Below, piece after piece: positions 35,275 through 43,861 of a DNA stretch of 64,000 nucleotides. Positions within the stretch are counted from its first letter, which is position 1, and each line of letters begins with the position of its first letter. Source of the stretch: Gemmatimonadales bacterium (GTDB lineage Bacteria > Gemmatimonadota > Gemmatimonadetes > Gemmatimonadales > GWC2-71-9); the NCBI GenBank assembly GCA_035526925.1, contig DATLBL010000001.1:11602-75601 (forward strand), in the 5' to 3' direction. The notes below the pieces were generated by a model. The model was not told where the DNA came from, ran no database searches, and was given only the letters and a program-made list of their open reading frames with translations. Made by a program: the position numbers and the translations under genes.

Positions 35275-37241
35275 CCGTCACCCTGAACCCGCTGCACCGG
35301 TTCGACACCCTCGTTGTCGGCGCGGCGAACCGGCTCGCGGTGACGGCCGCCAAGGCGGTCGCCGAATCGCCGGGCACGGTCTACAACCCGTTGTTCGTGT
35401 ACGCGCGGCCCGGTCTGGGGAAGACGCACCTGCTGATGGCCATCGGTCACGCGGCGCGCACGATCAACCCGCGTCTCACCGTCGAGTACCTCACCCTGGA
35501 CGAATTCGTCGAGGCGTTCCACGCGGCCATCGCCGCGGGACACGGGGAGGCGTACCGGAAGCGCTTCCTCGATGTGGATCTCCTGCTCGTGGACGACGTA
35601 CAGTTCCTCACGCACCGACGGGAGATGCAGGCGGAGCTGCTCCGGCTGACCGACGCGCTGCAATCGGCCAACCGCCAGATCGTGCTGACGAGCGACCGAC
35701 CGCCGGCGGAGATCGAGGCGCTCGACGACCGGCTGATCCGGCGGTTCGCCGGCGGGCTGATCATCGACGTCTCGGCTCCCGACTACGAGACCCGGGTGGC
35801 GATCCTGCGACGCAAGGCCGACGAGCGTCGCGCGCACTTCGGCGAAGGTGTGCTCGAGGCCGTGGCGACCCTCGAGATCGACAATGTCCGGGAGCTGCTC
35901 GGCGCGCTCAACCGGCTGATTGCTTTCCAGGCCGTGCGCGAATCGCCGCTGATGCCGGCGGAGGCCAAGCTGCTCGTTGGAGGCGAGGTCGAGCAGGTCG
36001 ATCCGCCGCCCGCTCAGCGCGCCGGCGCGCCCGCCCCCGAGCCACCCGCTGCCCCGTCGGAGTTCGACGATTTCCTCTCCGAGATCTCCGCAACCGTGGC
36101 CCAGCAGGTGGATGCGTGGCGTGCCAAGGTGAGCGCGGCCATCCTGCGTTGGCAAGGCGAGGGATTCCGCACGACGCAGCTCGAGGCGTTGCTGGCGCAG
36201 GAGATGGTCGGGGACCCCGAGCGCGCCCTCCGCGAGTACGAAGAGGATGTCGAGCGGCTGCTGGCCATGCAGGCGGAGGCGGCCGCGCTCGCACCGGCGC
36301 TCGCCGGGTCCGCCGCGTTCCGCGATCCGGCCGATCTCGAGGCCGCCGAAGAGGTGCTGCGACAGGCGCGCGAGGAAGGTCCGCCGCCACCCGCGCCCTC
36401 ACCCCTCTGGCGCATGGAGGGTCTGGTCGAGACCGACGCCAATCGGGTGGTCACTGAGGCGATGCGGGCGGTCCTCGCCGAGCCCGGGGAGCGCTACAAC
36501 CCGCTCGTACTGATCGGGGCGGGCGCCGTCGGAAAGACTCACCTGCTGCACGCCCTCGGCAATGCGCTGGGCGAGCAGGTGGGCCCGGTCGCCTGTCTGA
36601 GCGCGCCGGAGTTCACCGGTGAGCTCATCGAGGCCATCGATCGCGATGCCGTCGCGGGCTGGCGAGCTCGGTATCGCCGGGCTGCCGCCTTTCTGCTCGA
36701 CGACGTGCACCTCATCGCCGACAAGGAGCGCACACAGGAGGAGCTGTTCGTGCTCTTCAACGTGCTGATCGGCGCCGGGCGGCAGCTGGTCTTCACCTCG
36801 GCCTCGGCGCCGGCCAGCCTCACGGGCGTCGAGGCGCGGCTTCGTTCGCGCCTCGAAGGCGGGCTCGTGATCGAGCTGCCCGCCCCGGATGCCGCCGTGC
36901 GCGAGCGGGTTCTCGCCCGCGAGCTCGAGACCAGGCACGGCGCGGCGGATCCCGAGCTGGCGGCCTATCTCGCGGCCCGCCCGGCGGAATCGATCCGCGA
37001 TGCCCAGGCGCTGCTGCAGCGCGTGCTGGCCGCGGCCGAGGCGCGGAGCATCCCCGCGAGCGCCGCGCTCGCCCGGGAACTGCTCGAGGAGCCCGCGCCG
37101 CCGCCTCTGGAGCCACGCCGCCCGGCCGCTGGGCGGTCGAGCGGTATCGTGCCGGCCGGGGCCAACGCCACCCGGAGCCGCGAGAAGATGGTGTGGGAAT
37201 GGCCCGAGGTGGCCGACCGCGTCATCGAGGAGTGGCGCTGA
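35271..37241 (+). CDS. Protein with two tandem DnaA-type (domain III) AAA+ modules and no DnaA domain IV
   Basis: Module 1: NPLHRFDTLVVGAANRLA, PGLGKTHLL, LLLVDDVQFL, IVLTSDR, DRLIRRFAGGL, NVRELLGALNRL. Module 2: YNPLVLIGAGAVGKTHLL, FLLDDVHLI, LVFTSAS, ARLRSRLEGGL, SIRDAQALLQRV. No HTH or DnaA-signature C-terminus. GTGA overlap with mglA. Confidence 0.85.
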   Translation: MTVTLNPLHRFDTLVVGAANRLAVTAAKAVAESPGTVYNPLFVYARPGLGKTHLLMAIGHAARTINPRLTVEYLTLDEFVEAFHAAIAAGHGEAYRKRFLDVDLLLVDDVQFLTHRREMQAELLRLTDALQSANRQIVLTSDRPPAEIEALDDRLIRRFAGGLIIDVSAPDYETRVAILRRKADERRAHFGEGVLEAVATLEIDNVRELLGALNRLIAFQAVRESPLMPAEAKLLVGGEVEQVDPPPAQRAGAPAPEPPAAPSEFDDFLSEISATVAQQVDAWRAKVSAAILRWQGEGFRTTQLEALLAQEMVGDPERALREYEEDVERLLAMQAEAAALAPALAGSAAFRDPADLEAAEEVLRQAREEGPPPPAPSPLWRMEGLVETDANRVVTEAMRAVLAEPGERYNPLVLIGAGAVGKTHLLHALGNALGEQVGPVACLSAPEFTGELIEAIDRDAVAGWRARYRRAAAFLLDDVHLIADKERTQEELFVLFNVLIGAGRQLVFTSASAPASLTGVEARLRSRLEGGLVIELPAPDAAVRERVLARELETRHGAADPELAAYLAARPAESIRDAQALLQRVLAAAEARSIPASAALARELLEEPAPPPLEPRRPAAGRSSGIVPAGANATRSREKMVWEWPEVADRVIEEWR

Positions 37242-38857
37242 TGGCGATCAAGGGAAGCCTCAAGGAGGCCAGCCTGCCGGACGTCATCCAGTTGCTCTTC
37301 TTGGGACGGCGGACCGGATGCCTCGCGCTGGCGGACCGGCACAACTTCGGCACGATCTACTTCGAGGAAGGCCACATCGTCTACGCCGCGATCGTGAACC
37401 GGCGTGACCGTCTGGGGGACATCCTGCTGAAGAGCGGACGGGTGACGGCGGCGACGCTCGAGCAGGCCATCACCCGCCAGGAGGCAGATCGGGAGCGCAA
37501 GCTGGGCGAGATCCTCGTCGAGCTCGGCGCGCTGAAGCGCGAGGAGCTCGAGAGCTACATGCGACTCCAGATCGAGGAGGCCGTCTACTACCTGTTCACC
37601 TGGACGGCGGGCACGTTCAACTTCGAGGCTGGTGTGCGTCCGGAGCAGGAGGACTTCCTGGTTCGGATCAACCCGGAGTTCCTGCTGCTCGAGGGCGCGC
37701 GCCGGGTGGACGAGTGGAGTCTCATCGAGAAGAAGATCCCCACGTTCGATCTGATCTTCTCGGTGGACCCTGCCCACATCGGCGAGTCGGAACCCGAGCT
37801 GTCCGCGGCACAGCGCCGGCTGCTGCCGCTGCTCGACGGTACCCGGGACGTGCAGGCGCTGATCGATGAATCCGGATTGATCGAATTCGAGGCCGGGAAG
37901 GCGCTGTTCGGTCTGATTACCGCCGGGTTCGCACATCGGGTGGGCACGTCGGCCGCCGCCGCTCCCAAGGTGAACGACGGCCGCATCGAGGAGCACAGAA
38001 ACCTGGGCATCGCCTTCTACAAGGCGGCTATGCTCGATGAGGCGTTGCGCGAGTTCCGCCGCGTGGCCGATCTGAGGTCCACCGACGCGAGCGCGCCCTT
38101 CTTCCTCGGCCTGATCGCGGTACGCCAGGCGCGCTGGGACGATGCGGCCGCCGCGTTCAAGCAGGCGGCCGCCGCGGGCGGGGCCAGGCCGGCGGCGCTG
38201 CACAACCTCGGCTATGCGCTCGAGCGCCTCGGGCGGCTCGACGAGGCGGAGGCAGCGTTCGGCGATGCGGCCGCCAAGGCGCGCGACGACGCCCGCATCA
38301 TGCTGGGGTGGAGCGTGGTGGCACTCAAGCGCGGCGAATACCAGGTCGCGCAGGGCCGCCTGGCCCGCGCGCTCGAGCTGCTCGGCAAGAAGACCGCTCC
38401 GGCCGCATGGTTCTGGGCGGCCACGCTCACCAACGCCGGTCTCGATGACGGCCCGGGTGCGCTGCGCGCGGCCCGCGACGGCGCGGCGGCCTACCCCGCG
38501 AGCGCGGTCCTGCAGAACAATCTCGCCGTGCTGCTCGAGTTTTCGGGGGACGTCGCGGGCGCCGAGACCGCGCTTCGTGCCGCGCTGGCCGAGGACCCGT
38601 CGCTTCCGCAGATCTCGAAGAACCTGGCCGATATCCTCTATCGGAACGGGCGTTACGACGAGGCGCGTGAAGCCTACGAGCGCGCCGCCAAGCTCGCTCC
38701 CGACCTCGGCGACGATCTCTACTTCAAGCTCGGCAACATTGCCTACAAGCGCCGGGACAAATCCGTGGCCCGCGAGAGCTGGAGTCGGGCAACCACGCTC
38801 AATCCGGGGCACGCGCTCGCGCGCGCCAACCTGGATATGCTGGACCTGGCGCCATGA
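37241..38857 (+). CDS. DUF4388 (PATAN)-domain protein with a long C-terminal TPR region
   Basis: N-terminal IKGSLKEASLPDVIQLLFLGRRTGCLAL. TPR repeats in the C-terminal ~280 aa. 1-nt overlap with the upstream stop. Confidence 0.8.
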   Translation: MAIKGSLKEASLPDVIQLLFLGRRTGCLALADRHNFGTIYFEEGHIVYAAIVNRRDRLGDILLKSGRVTAATLEQAITRQEADRERKLGEILVELGALKREELESYMRLQIEEAVYYLFTWTAGTFNFEAGVRPEQEDFLVRINPEFLLLEGARRVDEWSLIEKKIPTFDLIFSVDPAHIGESEPELSAAQRRLLPLLDGTRDVQALIDESGLIEFEAGKALFGLITAGFAHRVGTSAAAAPKVNDGRIEEHRNLGIAFYKAAMLDEALREFRRVADLRSTDASAPFFLGLIAVRQARWDDAAAAFKQAAAAGGARPAALHNLGYALERLGRLDEAEAAFGDAAAKARDDARIMLGWSVVALKRGEYQVAQGRLARALELLGKKTAPAAWFWAATLTNAGLDDGPGALRAARDGAAAYPASAVLQNNLAVLLEFSGDVAGAETALRAALAEDPSLPQISKNLADILYRNGRYDEAREAYERAAKLAPDLGDDLYFKLGNIAYKRRDKSVARESWSRATTLNPGHALARANLDMLDLAP

Positions 38858-39672
38858 CCGCCGACGACGCGGCCTTCGCCCTGCTGGCGCGACAGATCTC
38901 GCGCACTAGCGGCTTCACCCTCGAGGCCTACAAGGACAAGTGTATCCGCCGCCGGATCGCGGTCCGCATGCGCGCCTGTGGGGTGCACAGCTACGACGAT
39001 TACCGCGCGCTGCTCGATCGCCTGCCGGGTGAGTACGAGCACCTGCGGGACGCCCTGACGATCAACGTCACCCGATTTTACCGCAACGCCGAGACCTGGA
39101 ACCTCATTCGGCGGGAGGTCCTGCCGGCCATCTTCGATGGCACGCGGGTCGAGGTCCGCGCCTGGAGCGCCGGCTGCGCCTCCGGCGAGGAGCCATATAC
39201 GCTCGCGGCCCTGGCGGCGTCCTACCTCGACGAGGTGGGGCGGCGCGAGGAGCTGGCGCGCTTGACGATCGACGCCACCGACATCGACCGGACCAGCCTC
39301 GAGCGCGCCCGCGCCGCCTGCTATCGCCCGGAAGCCCTGGGCGAGCTCCCGGGCGCGGTGTCCGATGCCTATTTCGACACCCTCGGGCAGGAGCAGCGGG
39401 TGATCGACCGGGTTCGTCGGCGGGTGCACGTGCGCGCGCTCGACCTCAATCGAGAGCCTCCGATCCGTCACGATTACGACCTCATCCTCTGCCGGAACGT
39501 CGTGATCTACTTCGACCGCGCCACACAGGAGCGGCTGTTCCAGACCTTCGCCGACGCACTGGCGCCCGGCGGCTACCTCGTTCTCGGAAAGGTCGAGACT
39601 CTCTTCGGCGCCGCGCGCGACCGTCTGAGTCTCGTCGATGCGCGCGAGCGCATCTACCGGCGGCCGCGGTGA
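38854..39672 (+). CDS. cheR: Chemotaxis methyltransferase CheR
   Basis: TRFYRNAETW, AWSAGCASGEEPYTLA, ILCRNVVIYFD. ATGA overlap. Confidence 0.92.
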   Translation: MTADDAAFALLARQISRTSGFTLEAYKDKCIRRRIAVRMRACGVHSYDDYRALLDRLPGEYEHLRDALTINVTRFYRNAETWNLIRREVLPAIFDGTRVEVRAWSAGCASGEEPYTLAALAASYLDEVGRREELARLTIDATDIDRTSLERARAACYRPEALGELPGAVSDAYFDTLGQEQRVIDRVRRRVHVRALDLNREPPIRHDYDLILCRNVVIYFDRATQERLFQTFADALAPGGYLVLGKVETLFGAARDRLSLVDARERIYRRPR

Positions 39673-40157
39673 GCGGCACCGAGATTTACGTTCGGGTGGC
39701 CGACCTCCGCACCGGCGCCGGTTCCGACGTGCTCATCACCGTGGGGCTCGGCAGCTGCGTCGCCATCCTGCTGTACGATCCCTCCGCTCGGGTGGGCGGT
39801 CTGGCGCATGTGCTCCTGCCGTCCCCGGGGCTCGGACGCAAAGATGCAAACCCGGCGAAGTTTCCGCAGACCGCGCTGCCGCTGCTCCTCGAGCTCATGG
39901 GAAAGCACGGCGGCCGGGCGCAGCGCATGACGGCGCGCTTGGCCGGCGGCGCCAGCATGTTCGCCAGCCTGGCTTCCCCAGGCACCATTCAGATGGGCGA
40001 GCGCAACATCGTGGCTTGCCGGCAGGCGCTCTATCAGCACGGCCTGCCGGTGAGTGCTCAGGCCACCGGTGGCGATTATGGCCGCACGGTCAGACTGTGG
40101 GCCTGCGACGGCCGCGTGGAGGTGAGCTCGGTGGCCCACGGTGTCTGCACTCTCTGA
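39669..40157 (+). CDS. cheD: Chemoreceptor glutamine deamidase CheD
   Basis: [33 protein letters not shown] overlap. Confidence 0.9.
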   Translation: MSGTEIYVRVADLRTGAGSDVLITVGLGSCVAILLYDPSARVGGLAHVLLPSPGLGRKDANPAKFPQTALPLLLELMGKHGGRAQRMTARLAGGASMFASLASPGTIQMGERNIVACRQALYQHGLPVSAQATGGDYGRTVRLWACDGRVEVSSVAHGVCTL

Positions 40158-41214
40158 TCATCGCTCCGTGCTCGTCGTCGACGACAGCCCGTTTTTCCGA
40201 CGGCTGTTGACCGACGTCGTCGACGGGAGCGGCGACTTTCGGGTGGTGGCCACGGCGCGCAACGGCATGGACGCCATTCAGAAGGTGCACGAGCAATCGC
40301 CCGACCTGGTGCTCATGGACCTGGAGATGCCCGAGCTCGACGGCCTCGGCGCCATCGGGTACATCATGTCGGAGACTCCGCGGCCGATCGTCGTCGTGAG
40401 CTCGTACGCCGGCCCGGGCACCGCGGCGGCCATCCGTGCCCTCGAGCTTGGCGCGGTCGACCTCGTGGCCAAGGAAGAGGATCGAAGTCCCCAGGCCCTG
40501 GCACGATTCGGGGAGCGGCTGCTCGGGATTCTTCGCACCGTCCGGAGCGCCGCTATCCTCCGGATGCCCGTCTTGGCGAGGCCGGTACGCGGCGCGCACA
40601 TGCAGGCGCTGTTCGCGCTGCCGGGACGCGCGCGCCAGTGCGCGGCCATCGCCGCCTCGACCGGCGGACCGCGCGCGCTCGCGGAGGTGGTGCCCGCGAT
40701 CCCCACCGGGCAGCAGGCGGCAGTGCTGATCGTGCAGCACATGCCGCCCAAGTTCACCCGCAGCCTGGCCGAGCGCCTGGCCGCGCAGAGCCGGCTCAAC
40801 GTCGTGGAGGCGGAGCAGGGCACACCCGTCCTCGCCGACACCGCCTACGTGGCACCCGGGGATTATCATATGCGCGTGGTGGCAGGACAGGATGGTCTGC
40901 GGCTCGAGCTCGACCAGGAGCCGTCCGTCTGGGGCGTGCGGCCGGCTGCGGACCCGCTGTTCCGGAGCGTTGCCGGCATCTTCGGTCCGCGCGCCGTCGG
41001 GGTGGTGCTGACCGGACTCGGGCGCGACGGAGCCGATGGCCTTCGGGAGATACGGGACGCGGGCGGCGTGGGTGTCGCACAGGACCGTGAGACCGCCACG
41101 ATCTTTGGGATGCCGAACGCGGCCGTGCAGGCCGGCGGCGTGCACCACGTGCTTCCGGTGGGACGGATCGCTGCGCGTGTAACGCAGGAGCTGGCGCGAA
41201 TGGGGGCCCGGTGA
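40141..41214 (+). CDS. cheB: Chemotaxis methylesterase CheB (receiver + esterase)
   Basis: [21 protein letters not shown]. Esterase triad contexts [21 protein letters not shown] and GLGRDGADG. Confidence 0.93.
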   Translation: MSALSDHRSVLVVDDSPFFRRLLTDVVDGSGDFRVVATARNGMDAIQKVHEQSPDLVLMDLEMPELDGLGAIGYIMSETPRPIVVVSSYAGPGTAAAIRALELGAVDLVAKEEDRSPQALARFGERLLGILRTVRSAAILRMPVLARPVRGAHMQALFALPGRARQCAAIAASTGGPRALAEVVPAIPTGQQAAVLIVQHMPPKFTRSLAERLAAQSRLNVVEAEQGTPVLADTAYVAPGDYHMRVVAGQDGLRLELDQEPSVWGVRPAADPLFRSVAGIFGPRAVGVVLTGLGRDGADGLREIRDAGGVGVAQDRETATIFGMPNAAVQAGGVHHVLPVGRIAARVTQELARMGAR

Positions 41215-41636
41215 GCACGGCCGGATACCTGCTGGTACGCAGCGGCGGACGACTGGTCGGGCTGCCGCTCGAGCAGGTGGTCGAAGTCCTCGATCCGGGC
41301 GCCACCTTCGCCGTGCCCTCGCTCGAGCGCTCCATGCGCGGCGTTGCCGTCGTCCGGGGACGCATTCTGCCCGTCGTGCACCTCGGCGCCCTCCTCGATG
41401 ACACGCCTTGTCCTGAAGTGCGCGGCGGGACGGGTGTGCTGGTGGATCTCGACGGCCGACGGCTCTGCCTTGAGGTCGAGGACGCCGAGTCGGTACTCTA
41501 CGACGCTAGGATTCAGGTGTCGGCCGGGAGTGCGCTACCCTGGGCCGCCGCGGTGGCCCGGACCGAAGGAGGACTCGTGCCGCTCTTGGATCTGGGCGCG
41601 GTAGCCGCGCGGTTCTCGGAGGCGACCGCCGCATGA
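41211..41636 (+). CDS. cheW: CheW-like coupling protein
   Basis: [21 protein letters not shown]...[20 protein letters not shown] overlap. Confidence 0.75.
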   Translation: MSTAGYLLVRSGGRLVGLPLEQVVEVLDPGATFAVPSLERSMRGVAVVRGRILPVVHLGALLDDTPCPEVRGGTGVLVDLDGRRLCLEVEDAESVLYDARIQVSAGSALPWAAAVARTEGGLVPLLDLGAVAARFSEATAA

Positions 41637-42103
41637 TCGACTCCGGCGACGACATTCAGCTGGTGACGTTCCGGGTGGGCGTGCAGGAGTTCGCGTTCGA
41701 CATTCTGCAGGTCGAACGGATTCTGCGCCATGTCGCGCCCGCGCCCCTGCCGAAGGCTCCGGCCTTCCTGGAGGGTGTGGTGCCGTACGAGGGCGGGGCG
41801 GTGCCGGTCGTGGACCTGCGCAAGCGCTTCGAGCTGGACGCGCCGATTCGCGAGGAGACCCGGCTGATGGTGGTCGACCTTGGCGAGCAGCGCGTGGGAG
41901 TTCTGGTCGACGAGGTCCTGGAGGTCCTGCGGGTGGACAGCACCACCATCACCGCGCCGGGGCCCGTGGTGAGCGGGCTTGCGGCGGTCTACATCGCAGG
42001 CATCGTCAGCCGGCCGGAGCGTACGATTATCATTCTGAATGCGCGCAAGCTGTTGTCGTCGAGCGAGCGTCTCGCGCTCACGGGCCTCGAGGAGCCCCGA
42101 TGA
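41633..42103 (+). CDS. cheW: CheW coupling protein
   Basis: LVTFRVGVQEFAFDILQVERI...EGVVPYEGGAVPVVDLRKRF. ATGA overlap. Confidence 0.88.
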   Translation: MIDSGDDIQLVTFRVGVQEFAFDILQVERILRHVAPAPLPKAPAFLEGVVPYEGGAVPVVDLRKRFELDAPIREETRLMVVDLGEQRVGVLVDEVLEVLRVDSTTITAPGPVVSGLAAVYIAGIVSRPERTIIILNARKLLSSSERLALTGLEEPR

Positions 42104-42969
42104 GCGACCAGGCCCCGGCCACCTTCCGAGCGCAGTTTCAGGCGATCGAATCGCGGCTCGGCTCCGCCGGCCAGCCGGCGGAGCGCGAGGCCGTCAAGCG
42201 GGAAATCATCGCCTTGTTCAAGCGGGTAGACGCCGCCCTGGCCGATCTCGGGCAGGTGAAAGAGGACATCCGCGGCCTCGTCGAGCGCTTCAAGCAGGCA
42301 GGCGCGGCGTCGGCGGCCACCGCCCCGCAGTTCACTGGCGCGCGTCCCGCGGTGCATGCGGACCATCTCGGCGCGTCGACGTACATCGAGAAGGGCTGGA
42401 GCCTGATCTCGCTTGGAGACTACGCCGGGGCGATCCAGTCGCTCGAAAAAGCGCTGTCGTTGTCGCCGGGAGACGTGCAGGCGCAGTCGCTGCTGGGGTG
42501 GGCGCAGATGCTGCACGAGGACTACGACGACGCTTTGGGGACGTTCTCGCGCGTGCTGATGAAGGAACCGGCCAACGCGTTGGCGCGGATCAACGTGGGA
42601 TACATCTGCCTGAAGAAGCGCATCTTCGGCGAGGCGATCGAGCATCTGTCCAAGGCCATCCGGCTGGACAACGATCGGAAGGCGACTCTCTACGCGCACT
42701 ACTACCTCGGCCTGGTCTACCTCGAGCGAGAGATGTACGAGGACGCCCAGACTTTCTTCCGGAAGACCTTGAAGCTCGGGCCCAATCTGATCGAAGCCTA
42801 TTTCGAGCTGGGGCGGGCGCTCTGGTTCGCGGGGCAGCGCGACGACGCGCTCCGGACCTGGGAAGAGGGTCACAAGGCCAACAAGTTCAATCCGTGGGCC
42901 AAACGCTGCAAAGAGATGCTCGACGTGGCCGCCGCGGGAGGTGAGGTGCCGCGCAGCTTGGTCTCGTAG
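42100..42969 (+). CDS. Coiled-coil/TPR protein, last gene of the chemosensory cluster
   Basis: TPR repeats (YIEKGWSLISLGDYAGAIQSLEKALSLSP ...). ATGA overlap with cheW. Confidence 0.8.
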   Translation: MSDQAPATFRAQFQAIESRLGSAGQPAEREAVKREIIALFKRVDAALADLGQVKEDIRGLVERFKQAGAASAATAPQFTGARPAVHADHLGASTYIEKGWSLISLGDYAGAIQSLEKALSLSPGDVQAQSLLGWAQMLHEDYDDALGTFSRVLMKEPANALARINVGYICLKKRIFGEAIEHLSKAIRLDNDRKATLYAHYYLGLVYLEREMYEDAQTFFRKTLKLGPNLIEAYFELGRALWFAGQRDDALRTWEEGHKANKFNPWAKRCKEMLDVAAAGGEVPRSLVS

Positions 42970-43034
42970 TCCTCGCCCCCCTCCTTCTTCTTCAAGGGAC
43001 CCCGACGGCGGTTCAGGTCGGCCGGGTCACGGCA

Positions 43035-43847
43035 GTGGCCTGGCCCGCGCAGCGCGCGCTGGCCACCGAGCTCGCCGCCATCGCCGGGCGCCCGTCCGAC
43101 TGGCCCGGCCTGGGGCGACGCCAGCCCGATTCGCTTCGCTTGATCGTGGTGCCGAATGGACACGTCCTCGATTCGCTGACTGGAGGCCGGGCGCCCCGGT
43201 GGGGTGCCGCGGTGGCCGTGCCCGGCGCGCGAACCATTGTGCTTCGAGCGGATCAGGGCGATCTCACCCGCACCCTCCGCCACGAGCTTGCCCATCTCGT
43301 CCTGCACGAGGCGCTCTCGGGCCGGGTGCCACTGTGGTTCGACGAAGGCTACGCCGCGTGGGCCGCCGGCGAGTGGGATCGGCTCGGCGGACTCGAGCTC
43401 AACCTCGCGGTCGTACGGGGAGCTGTTCCTTCCTTGACCGGACTCGACGGAGCGCTCCGCGGCTCGGCTTCGACGGCGGACGCGGCGTACGCGTTGGCCA
43501 CCTCCGCCGTGGCCGAGCTCGCCCGTCGGAACCCGAGCGGCACACTTGGGCCGCTCCTCCACCGGCTCCAAGCAGGTGAGGGCTTCGACGCCGCCGTCCT
43601 GGCGACGACCGGCCTCGCGCTCGGCCGTTTCGAGCAGCAATGGCAGCGCACTCTCCGACGGCGCTATACCCTGGGCAACTGGGTTGTTGCTGGAGGGGGC
43701 TGGATCCTGGTGGCGCTCGTGGTGGCAGGGCTGGTCCGGCGCCGCCGCCGTGCGGACCGAGACCGGCGGGCCGCCCTCGACGTCGGCTGGCATGTGGACC
43801 CCGAACCTGAGGAAGGGCCTGAACTTGACCCGACCCAGGAACGGTAG
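43035..43847 (+). CDS. HExxH (zincin-like) protein with a C-terminal TM anchor
   Basis: LRHELAHLVLHE followed by WFDEGYA, resembling the MA-clan HExxH...E arrangement. C-terminal LGNWVVAGGGWILVALVVAGLV followed by an Arg-rich tail. GTG 43035 is the first start codon in frame. Confidence 0.6.
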   Translation: MAWPAQRALATELAAIAGRPSDWPGLGRRQPDSLRLIVVPNGHVLDSLTGGRAPRWGAAVAVPGARTIVLRADQGDLTRTLRHELAHLVLHEALSGRVPLWFDEGYAAWAAGEWDRLGGLELNLAVVRGAVPSLTGLDGALRGSASTADAAYALATSAVAELARRNPSGTLGPLLHRLQAGEGFDAAVLATTGLALGRFEQQWQRTLRRRYTLGNWVVAGGGWILVALVVAGLVRRRRRADRDRRAALDVGWHVDPEPEEGPELDPTQER

Positions 43848-43861
43848 TAGCGTCCTGCCTT

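Noticed and set aside
35271-37241. Reading the DnaA-like gene as dnaA, and this locus as the replication origin
   Set aside because: There is no domain I and no domain IV HTH/DnaA-signature. The AAA+ core is duplicated. The neighbours are mglA and che genes rather than dnaN, recF or gyrB. I did not spot clustered TTATCCACA-like boxes, although this was by eye and not exhaustive.
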